Below, in pieces: positions 49,714 through 62,040 of a DNA stretch of 64,000 bases. The stretch is from Raja brachyura (taxonomy: Eukaryota). The notes beneath the pieces were generated by a model. That model was not told where the DNA came from. It was given only the letters and a program-made list of their open reading frames with translations, and did no database searches. The stretch covers positions 110,732,001 through 110,796,000 of the forward strand of contig OY740786.1 of NCBI GenBank assembly GCA_963514005.1, read 5' to 3'. Each line of letters starts with the position of its first letter. The first letter of the stretch is position 1. The position numbers and the translations under genes were made by a program.

Positions 49714-49902
49714 TTTAAGAAGCAACTGCAGATGCTGGAAAATCAAAGGTAGACAAAAATGCTGGAGAAACTTGGCGGGTGAGGCAGCAGCTATGGAGCG
49801 AAGGAAATAGGCAACGTTTCGACCCAAAACGTTGCCTATTTCCTTCGCGCCATAGATGCTGCCTCACCCGCTGAGTTTCTCCAGCATTTTTGTCTACCTT
49901 CA
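49714..49902. mobile_element. near-perfect fold-back Penelope-like-derived repeat
   Basis: About 74-bp arms at 49746-49819 and 49827-49900; tatatctc TSD at 49705-49712 and 49908-49915. Confidence 0.8.
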
Positions 49903-50462
49903 AGGTCTATATCTCCTTGGGTTTGCTAGTTTTGGTGAGATATTTCTTGTAAATGTCATTAGACTTTCCAACTCCTGCCATCGACATTATTCTCACCCTC
50001 ATTAATAAGTCAATTTACGAAAGGAAATTAGAAAACTTTATTTCAAAACTCCTAAATATTCCCTCTTATAGCAGTGTCCCGGAGGTTACTTCTCAATTCA
50101 ATGAAATGCTGGGCCAAAGCTGTAGGAGTTAATAAGTATCACCTGCATAAACTAAATAAGATAACTGGTTAACCAACATTATATTTGATCAACTTTGTAC
50201 AACTCACTTCTCAAAGCCTCCAACTTGAATGTGAGAATATTTCCAATGTGCAAACAGACATAATACTATGATTCTGATCATCCAATTCAGATTGGGAATC
50301 TGTTCCAAACCATTTTGCACAAGTCTGGCAATAATTACAACAGAATCAACCCCACCCCACCAACCTCTGGAAAATATAGTTTTAGAAGCTCTAGAAAATA
50401 TCAATAAACCACAATGTGGGGAAAAAGGCACAGAGTCAGCTACTGACTGACCACACTCTCGT

Positions 50463-50589
50463 GTTAAAGAAGGAACTGCAGATGCTGGAGAATCGAGGGT
50501 TACACAAAAGGCTGGAGAAACTCAGCGGGTGCAGCAGCATCTAAGGAGCGAAGGAGATAGGCAACATTTCGGGTCGAGACCCTTCTTCA
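50463..50589 (-). mobile_element. Penelope-like-derived repeat
   Basis: Family consensus; actctc.tgtt flanking duplication. Confidence 0.7.
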
Positions 50590-51539
50590 AATACTCTCTT
50601 GTTGGGTGTGGGCTTTTTGAAGCATCTGAAGAGTGTAGGACTATTTGGAGAGATCTGTATGTCATCGCTGGAGTGAGCTAAAAGCTCCCATTCACCCACG
50701 CTTCTACCTTATGACTGAAATGTCTCCTTGTACTTCTACAAGGAGGTTTCTGTTTTATTTATGTAATTACTGGTGCCAGATTTTCAATTCAGAAATAATT
50801 CTTGACTAGAGATGTTAGAAAATGTAAACCCTGGCAAAACACTAGTTTAATTTGGGGTTTTCACTTTGTAGACTGATGTAAACGGTGTCATCTATACTTA
50901 ACGTCAATGTGTCTCCCGTAACATATCTGAGATTACGGAAAATGGGCAATATTCAGACAGGATATACAACGAATATTTAACAACAAAATACCAACAGGCT
51001 AAATTTGGAATATTTTGCAAACTCAATGATCAAAACGATTTGCTTACATGTCGCTAATACAAAAACAAAACACTGCTTGCAAATATTTGTGTGGGTTGAT
51101 TTTCTAAAAAGGGGGGAAATGGATAACATGATTAGTTCACTGCAATCACCAGTTTGATGCGCTGGGCCTGCGTGGCTCGTTTGGGATAAACATTTTTTAA
51201 TCGGCAATGTTCTGAATCAAATCAAAAGCTCCACTTCCCACAGAATGCCCCAGCACCTGAAGACGGAGAGCTAAAAAAGTATTGGCTGATTCGAGCGATG
51301 TCTGCACCAGTTATTGACCGGTGTTGCCCTTTAACCACCGGTTAGAATTACACCACTCGTCTTTCCGGCTGCCTCTAAATCGGCGGCGGCTGGAATGACC
51401 TTGGGGGGGGGGAAATGAGGAACGATGCACTTTTACATTCCCGTCGCAACTTTATTTCCTGGTAACTGACGGGAATGCCAGTGCAAGGCACTGGAAGGAG
51501 AGTAGCCGGAGCAAGAGTGCGGGGGAGCAGCGTAGAGTG

Positions 51540-51687
51540 GAGACACAAGATAATGCAGATGCTGGAGTCTTCAGCAAAATACAAACTGGTGGAGGAACTG
51601 CTCGGGTCGGTCTGAAGAACGTGGTCTGTCCATTTCCCGTCTCAGATTCTGTCTGACCCGCTGGTTTCCTCCAGCAGTTTGTGTTTC
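51540..51687. mobile_element. decayed fold-back Penelope-like-derived repeat
   Basis: tgcagatgctggagtc...ggaggaact...tctgaagaa...gacccgctggtttcctccagcagtttgtgttt. Confidence 0.55.
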
Positions 51688-54069
51688 AATCGCTCAAATT
51701 AGCAGAGGGTGTCGGGTTAGAGAAAGATTTTTTTTAGATTTGTGAAATCAATTTTCTTTGACGAAAAGTCGAGCAAAAGTTAGTTAGCTCGCGTCTTGTA
51801 CTTGCGATGTATCCCTACATTGTAACTGCTCATTTTCTCCCAGCTAAATCTGAGCAAAACTTCGCACCTGTCGGCTGGCTGCGAGTTACTCCGAAGCCAC
51901 ATCGGTCAACAAGACCCTAATGCTTCTCGGCATTTTGTGACCATTTTATTTGGAGCAGATGGCTCGGTCAGAACAAACTCCGCGACTCTTTCACTCCAAC
52001 GTGCAAGAGAAAACTGACCCAACTTTTATTGAACGAAAGTGTCACTTCACTGATGATAAATGGCCAAGCCGTAATGCGATTTCTCAATCAATTTAACAGT
52101 GTTTTATTCTGCTCCTAAATCTACTCCAAACCTGGGCGAGTTTGATCACACTCCATCGATCCGTGATTTACACCAGCAAACAGGCCTTGCTTAGCTGGCA
52201 GTACTCCTTCCTGCCCACCTCCAACTTCTGTGGCCTGGATGCTACTTTAAACGGGGAAGGAGACCCTGACTTTCTGTTTGACAAAGAGACAAAGCCCAGA
52301 AGCAAACTGCAAGTTACATGTTGAGCTCTTGGGGGTAATTTAGCTTGGGGGGCCCGCCATCTGCGCTCTGGAGATATTTATGTTCGCGTTTTATTTCTGA
52401 TTCTGCACTATCTTTATATATTCTGTTGTGCTGCTGCATGCAAGAATTTCATTTTTCTACCTGGGACATGGGACAGTAAAACGCGACTATTCTGAAACCC
52501 ATAAACATGAAACGTTGAGGGAGCGCGAACAGACACAGAGTGCCGTGCAGTAAACAGTGACTAAAATACGATTTAATCATATACCAGCGCTTAGGAAATA
52601 TTCTCCTCGCATTTGTGATCCGATGCATTGATGCCGATGGAAATACTACGGTAACTTAAAAATGAGTGACCGAGCGGGTGTGTTAAAGTTTGTCGGGAGA
52701 GGGCGGGTAATTAATGCGGGGCCAAAACTGAGCATATTTAGATTTGTCATCAACCATCTTATCTTAACCTGTTTGATGGCTCTGGGACAATCCATTTACT
52801 CTAACACTTTAAACAAACATTTGCTCAATGAGTTTCAAACTAAGGATTTACTGAAACTCCGATAAGATGCTGATTCATTCACAAGGCGGTTAGTTCCAGG
52901 CGTAGACGGTTTTAACTGTTTGTGTTTTTCTTTCGTGTAAAAGTGCTAGACTGCCAACTGAAAATCAGAAAGGGTAATGATCCTTCAGAGGAAGTGATTA
53001 GACGGCACCGTCACAAAAAAAGGCTGAGCAAATTAAATATATTCGGTTAATGATCTGTTCAGATGTAACTCTAATTTTACTACGGGGACCTGGGGCAATC
53101 AGAATCATTAGTCGTCTGAGAATCAAGTCAGGGTGTGCTAGGGAAATCGGCAGAGTTTAGGGAAGGGTGGTCGTGGGGGTGGGGAAGGTGTATCTTTTTG
53201 AGTTTAAATATTGCCTTTACTGTCTATAAGGTGCGGATCTCCCTGTATGAAGAAACCAGTGAGGTTTCAAATCGATCATCCATACAGACTGTAACCTGCT
53301 TTTGCGTTGCACATGGAGTGAAGTCTCTGGGTAAAAGATTAGATTTCTAGGAGATAATCACCCTGCAGTAACAGATTCCCGGCAAAGCCTCAGATGCTGC
53401 CTGATTATTGACTGTGGAATCTCACCCAGCACATAATCAGGTAGAATCGCTTGCTGCTGTCGAACATTAGCCCCGAACCCTGCAGTAACGCCACCTGCTT
53501 CCTTGTCAGCTTGCCCGCTGCTCGAACACACAGCGCTCTGGGGTTATGAGTAGCTAGCTCTCTGTTTCCAGCCAGTACTATCCAGTTTCTATCTCGCCAC
53601 GCTCCGCTCCCGTTCTCCCAGCCGAGTTTTACCGGGACTAACTGGACCTCTGCTGCAGATATCGTTCTGCTCTCAATTCCCGCCGTTGGTAAAATCAGCC
53701 CCTCTCCCTCTACATTGTAACATTCCCCTTGGACATACCAAGGCCAATAATCTTTAAGCAATCGGCGCCCAGTCCCAGTCCCAGCCCCCCCGATCGCCGC
53801 TTCTAAGCATTCTACTCCGGCTTCAACCTAAACGAGCAGGCTTGTGTTAGTTAGTCCTTGTGGACTGCTCAGACCCCCCTCGCTAGTTATTGGGGGTCTC
53901 TTTAAATTGCGATACATTGCACGTGTGACGATCGTTGTGATTACAACAGCAACGAGGACTATCCTCGCTAGTCATTCTCGCCTTGTGCCGAGTTGCGTGT
54001 GTATATCATATCACAAGAACTAAAACAGCAAAGTTGCAGGTGTGGAGCCTGATCAGGGCCATTACTTAC

Positions 54070-54188
54070 TTGGGGTTTGAGGAATTCCAATATATAGGTG
54101 CCAAAATTTCACAATTTGATACAGCCATCCTGCATAAAACGCACAAAACTCCCAAATAGTATTTCCACAACGAGTTCCTTATCGCCAT
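54070..54188 (-). CDS. efnb2: ephrin-B2 coding exon 1 (signal peptide and start of receptor-binding domain)
   Basis: Minus strand reads MAIRNSLWKYYLGVLCVLCRMAVSNCEILAPIYWNSSNP(K), closely resembling the vertebrate EFNB2 N-terminus (MAVRRDSVWKYCWGVLMVLCR...LEPIYWNSSN). Strong Kozak context ACGATGG. 119 nt ending in phase 2 at donor GTAAGT (54069-54064). Not in the supplied ORF track. Confidence 0.93.
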
Positions 54189-54656
54189 CGTCGCCGATCC
54201 CTCTTCTCCGGCAATATTGGTATAAATATATATTATTAGCCTGTCCTCCTCTTGGGTACGACTCCTCTCAAAGGTCTCAACGATATCCCTTTATAACCAA
54301 AAACACACTTCTGCTCCGAGACTGCCGGGTCGAAACTTGAAATGGAGCGTCGCGTTGCTGTTGCTGTCGCTACTGATCGGCCGGGGTTGTTAGCTGAGCG
54401 GAGACTCCGGATCTTACTCTCGGCACAATGTCCTCCACATACCCCTTGCGTTCCTGGAAATTGCTGCAACTCTTATTTTTTTCTGCAGCTAGGCACTTGC
54501 TTGCATCGTAACAGCTAGTAAGAGCCAACGATCTCAGCTGCAACGCTGCTTTTCGCTTGTAACCTCTGCTGTCTGCGATGCCCGAGTCTGTTCCGATGGG
54601 TTGGCTGTCAACAGAGGTACGAGCCGGTGTGCGCGCATGCAAACGCGCTCTGCGTG

Positions 54657-54680
54657 GTGTGTGTGTGCGTGTGTGTGTGT
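54657..54680. repeat. (GT)n/(CA)n microsatellite in putative 5'UTR
   Basis: Sequence gtgtgtgtgtgcgtgtgtgtgt. Confidence 0.8.
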
Positions 54681-54719
54681 TCTGCTGGGTATGTCGCTCT
54701 GGACACTTTCACGATCCAG

Positions 54720-54875
54720 GACGTAATGATCTTGCTCTTTGCAAGAAAGCTTTATACCTCCCACTAACCCAGGGTAAGAGCACTCAGCGCCTGCCGCCAG
54801 CTCATTGGTCCCTACAGCCACCTGCCCCAGCAACTCCGCCCGACAGACAACCCTCTCCGCGCTACCATTGGGCAC
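54720..54875 (-). promoter_or_regulatory. efnb2: efnb2 core/proximal promoter
   Basis: In minus-strand order: CCAAT (54871-54867), GC box GGGCGG (54841-54836), CCAAT (54808-54804), TATAAA (54756-54751). Implies a TSS near 54725 and a 5'UTR of about 540 nt. Sits in a CpG-rich region. Confidence 0.6.
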
Positions 54876-55065
54876 GCCAAGACTCACTCTGGTCCTTCTC
54901 GCACCTCCATTGTTATTCCATCGGATTAAGGCTGATCGCAGAGTTTATTTGCAGCCTGCCCAAAAGCACAGGTAACCAAATAAAGCCACACAAATGAGCT
55001 TTTCCCTGCAAACCCGCACACCATTTCATTTGCCCTTGATAATTGGAACCTCTGCATTACTGTTT

Positions 55066-55320
55066 GATAGACATAAAATGCTGGAAAAACTCAGCGGGAC
55101 ACCTCTGGGGAGAAGGAATGGGTGACGTTTCGGGTCGAGACCCATCTTCAGACTGACAGTCAGGGGAGAGGGGAACGAGGTGATATAGACAATATAGAGA
55201 GATATAGAACGAAGATATGCCAAAAATAACAGTCTGAAGAAGGGTGTCGACCCGACTCTTTCCTTCTATCCAGAGATGCTATCTGTCCCGCTGAGTTACT
55301 CTAGCATTCTGTGTCCACCT
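55066..55320. mobile_element. inverted pair of Penelope-like-derived repeat upstream of the efnb2 promoter
   Basis: Minus-strand arm has an intact hammerhead core plus about 75 bp of additional element sequence; plus-strand arm begins cagtctgaagaagggtgtcgacccga. Confidence 0.7.
55124..55151 (-). ncRNA. minimal hammerhead ribozyme motif, intact core, upstream of efnb2 promoter
   Basis: Reverse complement reads CTGAAGATGGGTCTCGACCCGAAACGTC (the extra base after A9 is U). Confidence 0.6.
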
Positions 55321-58300
55321 TTAACCAAGTGACTCGATGGTAAAGCAGCAACTTTCTACATGTTACTGTTTGATTTGCATGAGAGGAGATGCAAGATGGT
55401 GGGAGGTGGGAATGCCGCTCGGCCACTGCACACTGTATCACTCCCATGAACTGGTAAAGTTTGCGCTTCACAATGTGGGTTCCCCGTAATTCCCCGCGAA
55501 TTGTTTTCCAGTGGAGCAGTTACCTTACGCTGCATTGGGGGATGGGGCGGGGAATGAGACGGGATTAACATGAGTCAAGTCAAGAACGAAACCTACATTT
55601 GAAAAAACCATGGGGTAATTAATCGTGTAGCTAACGGGAAGTGCATCGTATTGCTTTCTTTACTGACTTGCTGCAATTCCGTGCAATTATGCTGCATGGA
55701 AGGAATGACACGCCTGGGCTGGGCACCAAATGCAATGATGTAAGGTAGGGCAAGCGAGGCGCCAGCCAGGATCCGACCGACCGACCTGCGCCTCTTCCAT
55801 GGATCCACAGCGCCCACTAGAGACTTTATTTGAATATTTCATAACATGTTGGCGAAACGAATCCTCCCACAGTCCTAGTCCCACCGATTTCAGTCCGGAG
55901 ACAGGCTCGAGGCGAATCCACTGCACGGTGAACGTTTTTTATTTCGATTTAATGTTAATTATTAAAATACTTCGAAAACCGGGTTGCTTTGTTCATTTAG
56001 TTTATTTCAAATCCATTGAGATGATTTACAACTGCAACTGCAGACACTCATTTGAACTAAACATCCGGGAAAAATGTTCAAACTTTGAGCCCTTCAAGGG
56101 AACGGGATACTATTTACATTGTTCAACTAACACGCTGTTTGCTTAAGCAGCAACGCTGGTTTCGGAACGTGTTTGGTCGTTTACCGTGCGCCGCTCAAAT
56201 ATGCAACCATAATGAATCAAAGACCCCGCTTAAATAGTTGATCATTTGATCATTTTTTGCCGTTAACTCCTGGCACAAACCCATTCAATGCAGTTAGGCT
56301 TTTTCCAAATCTATACTAAGACGTTGTATTTTGGAAATAGGAAACAAAAAAAAGCAAAAATGACTGAAAACATGCGTTTCCAACGAGGAATTGAAGTATA
56401 CAATTGGTGGAAATTGCATTTCTACATTTCAGTGCAGCCAGTGGGGAAATCAAGTGTGAATCGCGTTAGACAAAAGGCCCCACAGAGTACATGTTCTTTA
56501 TGGATGGTCTATATTTAAATATGGGGTAAGGACTTCGAACGTGCTAAAAACGAGGTTCGTTTTATTAATCAAATATTCGAATTGCCAGACACGATCTAAT
56601 TTACAGTTAGTCTCGGGGACCAGATTGATCGGAATCCCGGGCTCCTAACGCAATTTACTTTAAATGTACTTTAAATGGGGGTGATTACATTTCAATTGTG
56701 AACGTGGGTTGCAGCATTAAATAAGAAAACTCTAATATAATCAATGCAGGTGATTGAATCATCCAGCACGGTGACAAGTTCTGGGATGGTAACGCGTCCT
56801 TTTTTGTTTCGGCGATACTTATGATTTGAAAACGTTACCAAGTTAAAAACAATTCTCCATTAAAAAGCAATTACCAATTATGACATAAATAGTTTTCAAT
56901 TCTTCATTTATATGGATAGTATATAGATCTAAATAATGAATTGAGGGTATGATGTTATGGTGTATCTTGAGTGATCGGTTTCGCCATTCAATAGATTGGA
57001 TCAGCCAAATATCCTAAATGGGCACATATTTATATTGATAGTCTTAAACGCAAAGACCCCTCGATAGACATGAATTTGTGTTCTATCTCGTTATCGCTCC
57101 ATCCGTTCTCTATTTCGCGTGTCGGTTAACTCAATTTTCATAAAGTCAAAGTAGCAACTGAGTTGCAACTACATTCTGCTGGATATTTGGCTGCACAGTC
57201 GAAAGATGTACACACATCCAAGTTTGCATTTTGACACAAAGTAGATGCATCAAGATCAATGATCGGTTTATTTCGTGTTTGACGGAAACTACAATTGCAT
57301 GTTATTAGTGATATGCTGTTAGTGCTAACCTGGGCGTTTCCTTGCATTGCCCACCTATCTGGGAATAAATGAGTTAAACAGGAATCGTCACGCGTGTCTC
57401 CCAACAACAGCAAGACATTAGAAATGATCGTAAACCCTTTCAACATCACCCCTAACGACGACAGCTGTCGACACGTTTACTGCAAAATTTTATGTGGCAA
57501 TTTACACGATGCTCATCAGGTCGGTGAACATTTGGTAATTAATAACATCGATGGGCGGAGTGGAAATCAGCGCTGAGAAGCGTTAAAGTTCTTCAGTTTC
57601 GCGACTGGAACCTAAAGTAAGTCGAACCGACCGAAGATCAGCTGTTGAGTTTATAGGTACCCCGTGAACTCGCAGCGTCCCAGTCCAACGCATGTGCGAA
57701 TCTTTGTTTAAAAAATTAGTCTCTGGTGAATTTCCTGTTGTTTCCCGGTTTGCGTTACCTGCGGACTGTAGACTGCAACATGTGAGAATTGCCCTTCCGT
57801 ATTGAAAGCGTAGATTAGAATGAGAGTGAGCGGCGGGGAATGAGTGTTTGCATATTCACATAAGCTGATGTTTAAATATATCTATAGCGCGGTCACTATA
57901 TTTTCAAGCTAGCACCAAATAGCTGAAAACCCAAGTGATTTTTCCCGCGGCGGACCTGCAGACTTTGATCTGTTTTCTGGATATAGTTTTAATTTTAACC
58001 TCAAACCTACAGGAAATGGTGGATTTGCTAACTGTCTGATCTTTCCCTTTTTGCCGTGACCCAGACAACGGGAATAATTGGCAGGACTGCGAAGCAAAGA
58101 AATAGGAAATATCAACACTGCCCCCGGACTACTCCACGATCAACAGGAATGGTATCACTTACACATTGCACAGGATCCAGAAAACTATTTCAAAGCGAAT
58201 TCACAAGCCCATTAAATCGACATTGTCTTATAATGTTCCTCAATGCATTCGTTATGCGAAGTGTAGTATTATAAATTATTATTTATCACCTGTCAGTATA

Positions 58301-58422
58301 ACACCAGACCTTTCAAGACCGTTGGATAGTGTGTTATTGGTAGGGTATTACGTTTCGAATTAAACGTGCCCTTAGAGTTCAACATCGAAAACCTAAAGAA
58401 ATGGAGACTCGAGTTTGTACCC

Positions 58423-58506
58423 CTTAAATATTAATCACACTTTTCCTTAAATATATGAATTGTGAAAAATATATATATTTAAGGAAGCGTGTGATTAATA
58501 TTTAAG
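58423..58506. repeat. AT-rich inverted repeat (34-bp arms, 2 mismatches, 16-nt loop)
   Basis: cttaaatattaatcacacttttccttaaatatat ... atatatttaaggaagcgtgtgattaatatttaag. Confidence 0.85.
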
Positions 58507-60999
58507 TCGTCCCAAAGTTGCCACAAGATTTCTCATCGCGACTTATTGCAATGTTTTTCGGCGGCAATTTTCATTTTCCTTAAAATTCCGCTACAAGTTA
58601 TAGAAATGGAACACTTAATTTTAAATGTGGGTACGCTGGCGTATTGTTATATTTTAATTCTGATAAATAATTACAAATGTAGGCTTTCATTTTAAAAGTA
58701 GAATCTGGTGGTTGTTAATAACTTGCACGTCTATTAATAAAGGTAGTGTTTAATAATGTATTTTAGTATATATCGCTGCTTCTAAATATTTGATAAATCA
58801 GTTCATGTGGTGAATCAAATGGGAATACAATACACACTTCTTTAAAGTTGCAGCAATTAAGTCCGGCAAGAGGCGTCCTCAAGAAGAAACTGCATACGGA
58901 CCCCGCGTCTCCATCCACAACGCGAAATGATTGTTGACAGTCAACTAGACATGAACACAGCAGAAGTCTGTTGCTGACCAAATGGAATATTTCTGAGCAA
59001 TTCTTCTTCCCTCATGCAGCGTGGAAGAAATTCAAACCTCGTCCTAATTTGGAAATTCACGTTCATGAACATTAAAAAAATAAGCTAGCTGGATAACGCC
59101 AGTTGAATGAACACGCGGTTTTATTTGTTAAACCTGTTTATAAATCTTGCACTTGTTTGATTAAAATTGTATTATCTGGTGTCATTATTTAACTGTGATT
59201 CCTGCACAGACTGCATTGTCGTTGCTGTCTGCATGTGGGAGGGAGAACAGGCAACATGATCTAATTCGCAGTGGGGCTGAAATGAGTTCAAGTGTTCATT
59301 CAAGGACAGGTGAGAGGAGTCTCTGCAAAACTGCTTTGGAAAGCTGCGTGGGTAGATTCCCGCTTCAATGAACCCAGATAAACGACGATAAGGAGAAATT
59401 GATTTCAAAGCTAACCCGGAAATCCTGGCATTTACACTTCCAAGTTTTTAGCTTCTGCGTTTTTATATAAAAAATAAAAATTCGCTTTCGTGTTTTCTTA
59501 CGAAAGACTCGATAATTCACAAAAATGCACAAAAGTACACAATTGCATACCAAGGATGATTTTATTGTAATAATTTTAAGAGGACGGTTTCTATAGTTTG
59601 GTGGAATGCATCAAAGAGGGCGAGTGTAATCCGACTGAAGAACAGACGGCAGACGGGCGGTTAATCCAACTGAAAGGTTCCACGTTATGCCACTAGCATT
59701 TCAAAGCATTACAATGTCTTGGAGACTTTCTCAAGCAGAATTCTATTACATCCCATTCGATGTGTTTTAACTGTTGACGTTGTTTCTTCTAGCATTCGTT
59801 TTTGAGATTGGTTTTGAACATTTCATTACGTATGTAATTTCGAGTACAGCGGGATCGTTTCCCCCGAAGTTTGAATCAGCTACCTGAGATGTGAATCTGC
59901 AATTTGGAAAGTTGAGATGAAGGGCGCATAGCCACTGGTAGGTACCCTGCAGCGAGACGCTGCCAGCTGGGGTTTGGTGGAGAATTCCACCCGAGGTCAC
60001 TGTAAGGAACAATGCAAGCCCCGGCTTCTGATAGCACCATAACCCGCGAAACCGTGAAAGCTGTTTATCACTCCAAGATGAACTCGTTCCTATGTAACTT
60101 TATCCAATGGAATTGCTGGACGGTTGTATGTATGCCAATTTATTGTTTGGTCAGCTATTTTCAACATCAATCCTGTTAATTCAAAATTATGTCCCACCTA
60201 TAGTTTTAATGGCTAGGGAATCGTTGGAACAAAACCACAAGACCTCTCTATTTTTCCACCCCCCAAAAATAAAATAGCAAATATTCACAGCCTCATAAAA
60301 GCAGTACTATACCAATATATCTATACGAGCGGAGCTCATATATCTTTCTTTCATTGAACGATGAAAAGAAATGTGCCTCGATCGGTTTGCATTTATTGAT
60401 GTGTTGGTAACAGTATGTATCACACATGCGATGATACCATCATCCTATATGATGGTATCATCGCATTTGATACGTAATCATTTGTCTGGTGTATGGATCT
60501 TTATCTATTTTCTATTTTACAAATATTTAATAAACAAACAGAATATGCAGACAGTATCTGCTGAGTTACATTCAATGAAGTAAAGATGTTGATGTCATGA
60601 TTGACACATCTTTTTTTTCCCGGAATGCCAGTGCCAATGAAATGATTTGTTGTAATAACTTCGCCATATCGAACCAAATTATCTTTACGGTTGCTTCAGA
60701 CTTCTGTATTCTCGCCGAAATAAACCCTTTTCGCGTGGTGCGTTCAAACATGTGGCCCAGCCAAGCGTTTGCCGTATCTTTGTCTCCCCCTAGTGTGAAA
60801 TCATGCCTTGAAATTTTAAACAGACACGCTGGTCATCAGTTTTTATTTTCATTCGCTTCACTTATTCAACTGGTGCATATTCTTAGGCTGTCACTGATAT
60901 GATTTCAGATCGAAATCAGGAACAACTGTCAATGGACAACGGGAAGACACCAGAGATAACCTAGGTAGGAAGGTGGGATGGAGACAAAAGGCCGGAGTA

Positions 61000-61160
61000 A
61001 AGGGCCTGTCCCACCAGCATGCAACTCCATGCGATGAGCGCGACCTAACGTGGTCGCTTGAGCCGTCCGGCGTCGCGGGGCCGGTCCCACTTCGATCGCC
61101 GGAGCCGTGCGGAATTTTGCGGAGTTCGTCCCGACATCGCGAGGGGCTCCGAAAAACTGA
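61000..61160 (+). mobile_element. Harbinger/PIF-like MITE left end
   Basis: TAA followed by AGGGCCTGTCCCAC terminal motif, internal repeat ggccggtcccac, CpG-rich body; no right TIR seen. Confidence 0.4.
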
Positions 61161-62040
61161 CTTCAGCGGGTCAGGCAGCATCTCTGGTGAAAAGCAATAC
61201 TGGAGGCGACGTTTCAGGCCGAGACCGTTCTGAAGGCGCTGTCTGACCCACTGAGTTACTCCAGCTTGTTGTGTCTGGCTTCAGGGAAAAGATAGCTATG
61301 GCGCATACTGGACAATTTCCCTGCAGAGAAAATGCCAGAGAAAAAGTTAAAGCTCCCTGGATGACAAAATAAGTAGATTACAATTTAGAAGAAGACATAC
61401 TCATAATTCTGTAAGGAATCAAGCTGAATAGAGAATTCCAAGAAACATGGGATAAAATAATGAGGGATGCAGAAAAAATAAGAATACATTGGTGAGTAAG
61501 ATGAATGGGAAGTCATCAAGTGGCAGAAAAGATTGTTGATGCTGGAATCTTGAGCAAAACACAACGCTGAGCAACTCAGCAGGTCGGACAGCATCTGTGA
61601 AGGGAATGGACAGGCTACCAATCTTCAAAGGAAGGAGGGGGGCAGATACCTACGTGAACCTTATGCCTTTACGAGGTTGCACATGCTATTCTGTATCTGC
61701 GGTACAATCTTCTTCAAAGCCTGCCTCTTTCAGCCATTCCACAAAGACGGACAGGACACAGATGGCTGCTGGACATATGGATGCTGGAAATGTGAGTAAA
61801 ATGCAGGAAGACCTTCACAGGTCCGGCAGCATTCGTGGAGGGAACAGAGAGATGATATTTTCGGGTTGGGGCCTTTCTTCAATTTGATGTCGTGAAGGGG
61901 TGGGGGGGGGGGGGGGAGGGGGGGGGGGGAGGGGGGGGGGGAGGAAGAGGTCAATCTGTAAAAGAAAAGTGGGGTGGGGCAAAGCCTACCAAGTGATAGG
62001 TGAATCAAGTGCAGGGTGGGTGCTGAATGGTAGATGGGTC
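61160..62040. mobile_element. cluster of decayed Penelope-like-derived repeats (61160-61278, 61536-61615, 61775-62040) with poly-G tract
   Basis: cagcgggtcaggcagcatctctgg, gatgctggaatcttgagcaaaacacaa, tttcgggttggggcctttcttca; G-run at 61897-61940. Confidence 0.55.

Noticed and set aside
54578-54997. 139-aa plus-strand ORF (and overlapping minus-strand ORFs) across the promoter
   Set aside because: Runs through a GT microsatellite and GC-rich promoter with no recognisable domain; open frames of this length are expected in GC-rich DNA.
61897-61980. Poly-G tract as a functional G-quadruplex
   Set aside because: It lies inside a repeat, and long homopolymers are error-prone in assemblies; nothing else supports a function.
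110-62040. CRISPR-like or MITE interpretation of the recurrent palindromic repeats
   Set aside because: Eukaryotic context, dispersed copies with no spacer array, asymmetric arms and variable TSD lengths fit a retroelement, not CRISPR or a TIR transposon.
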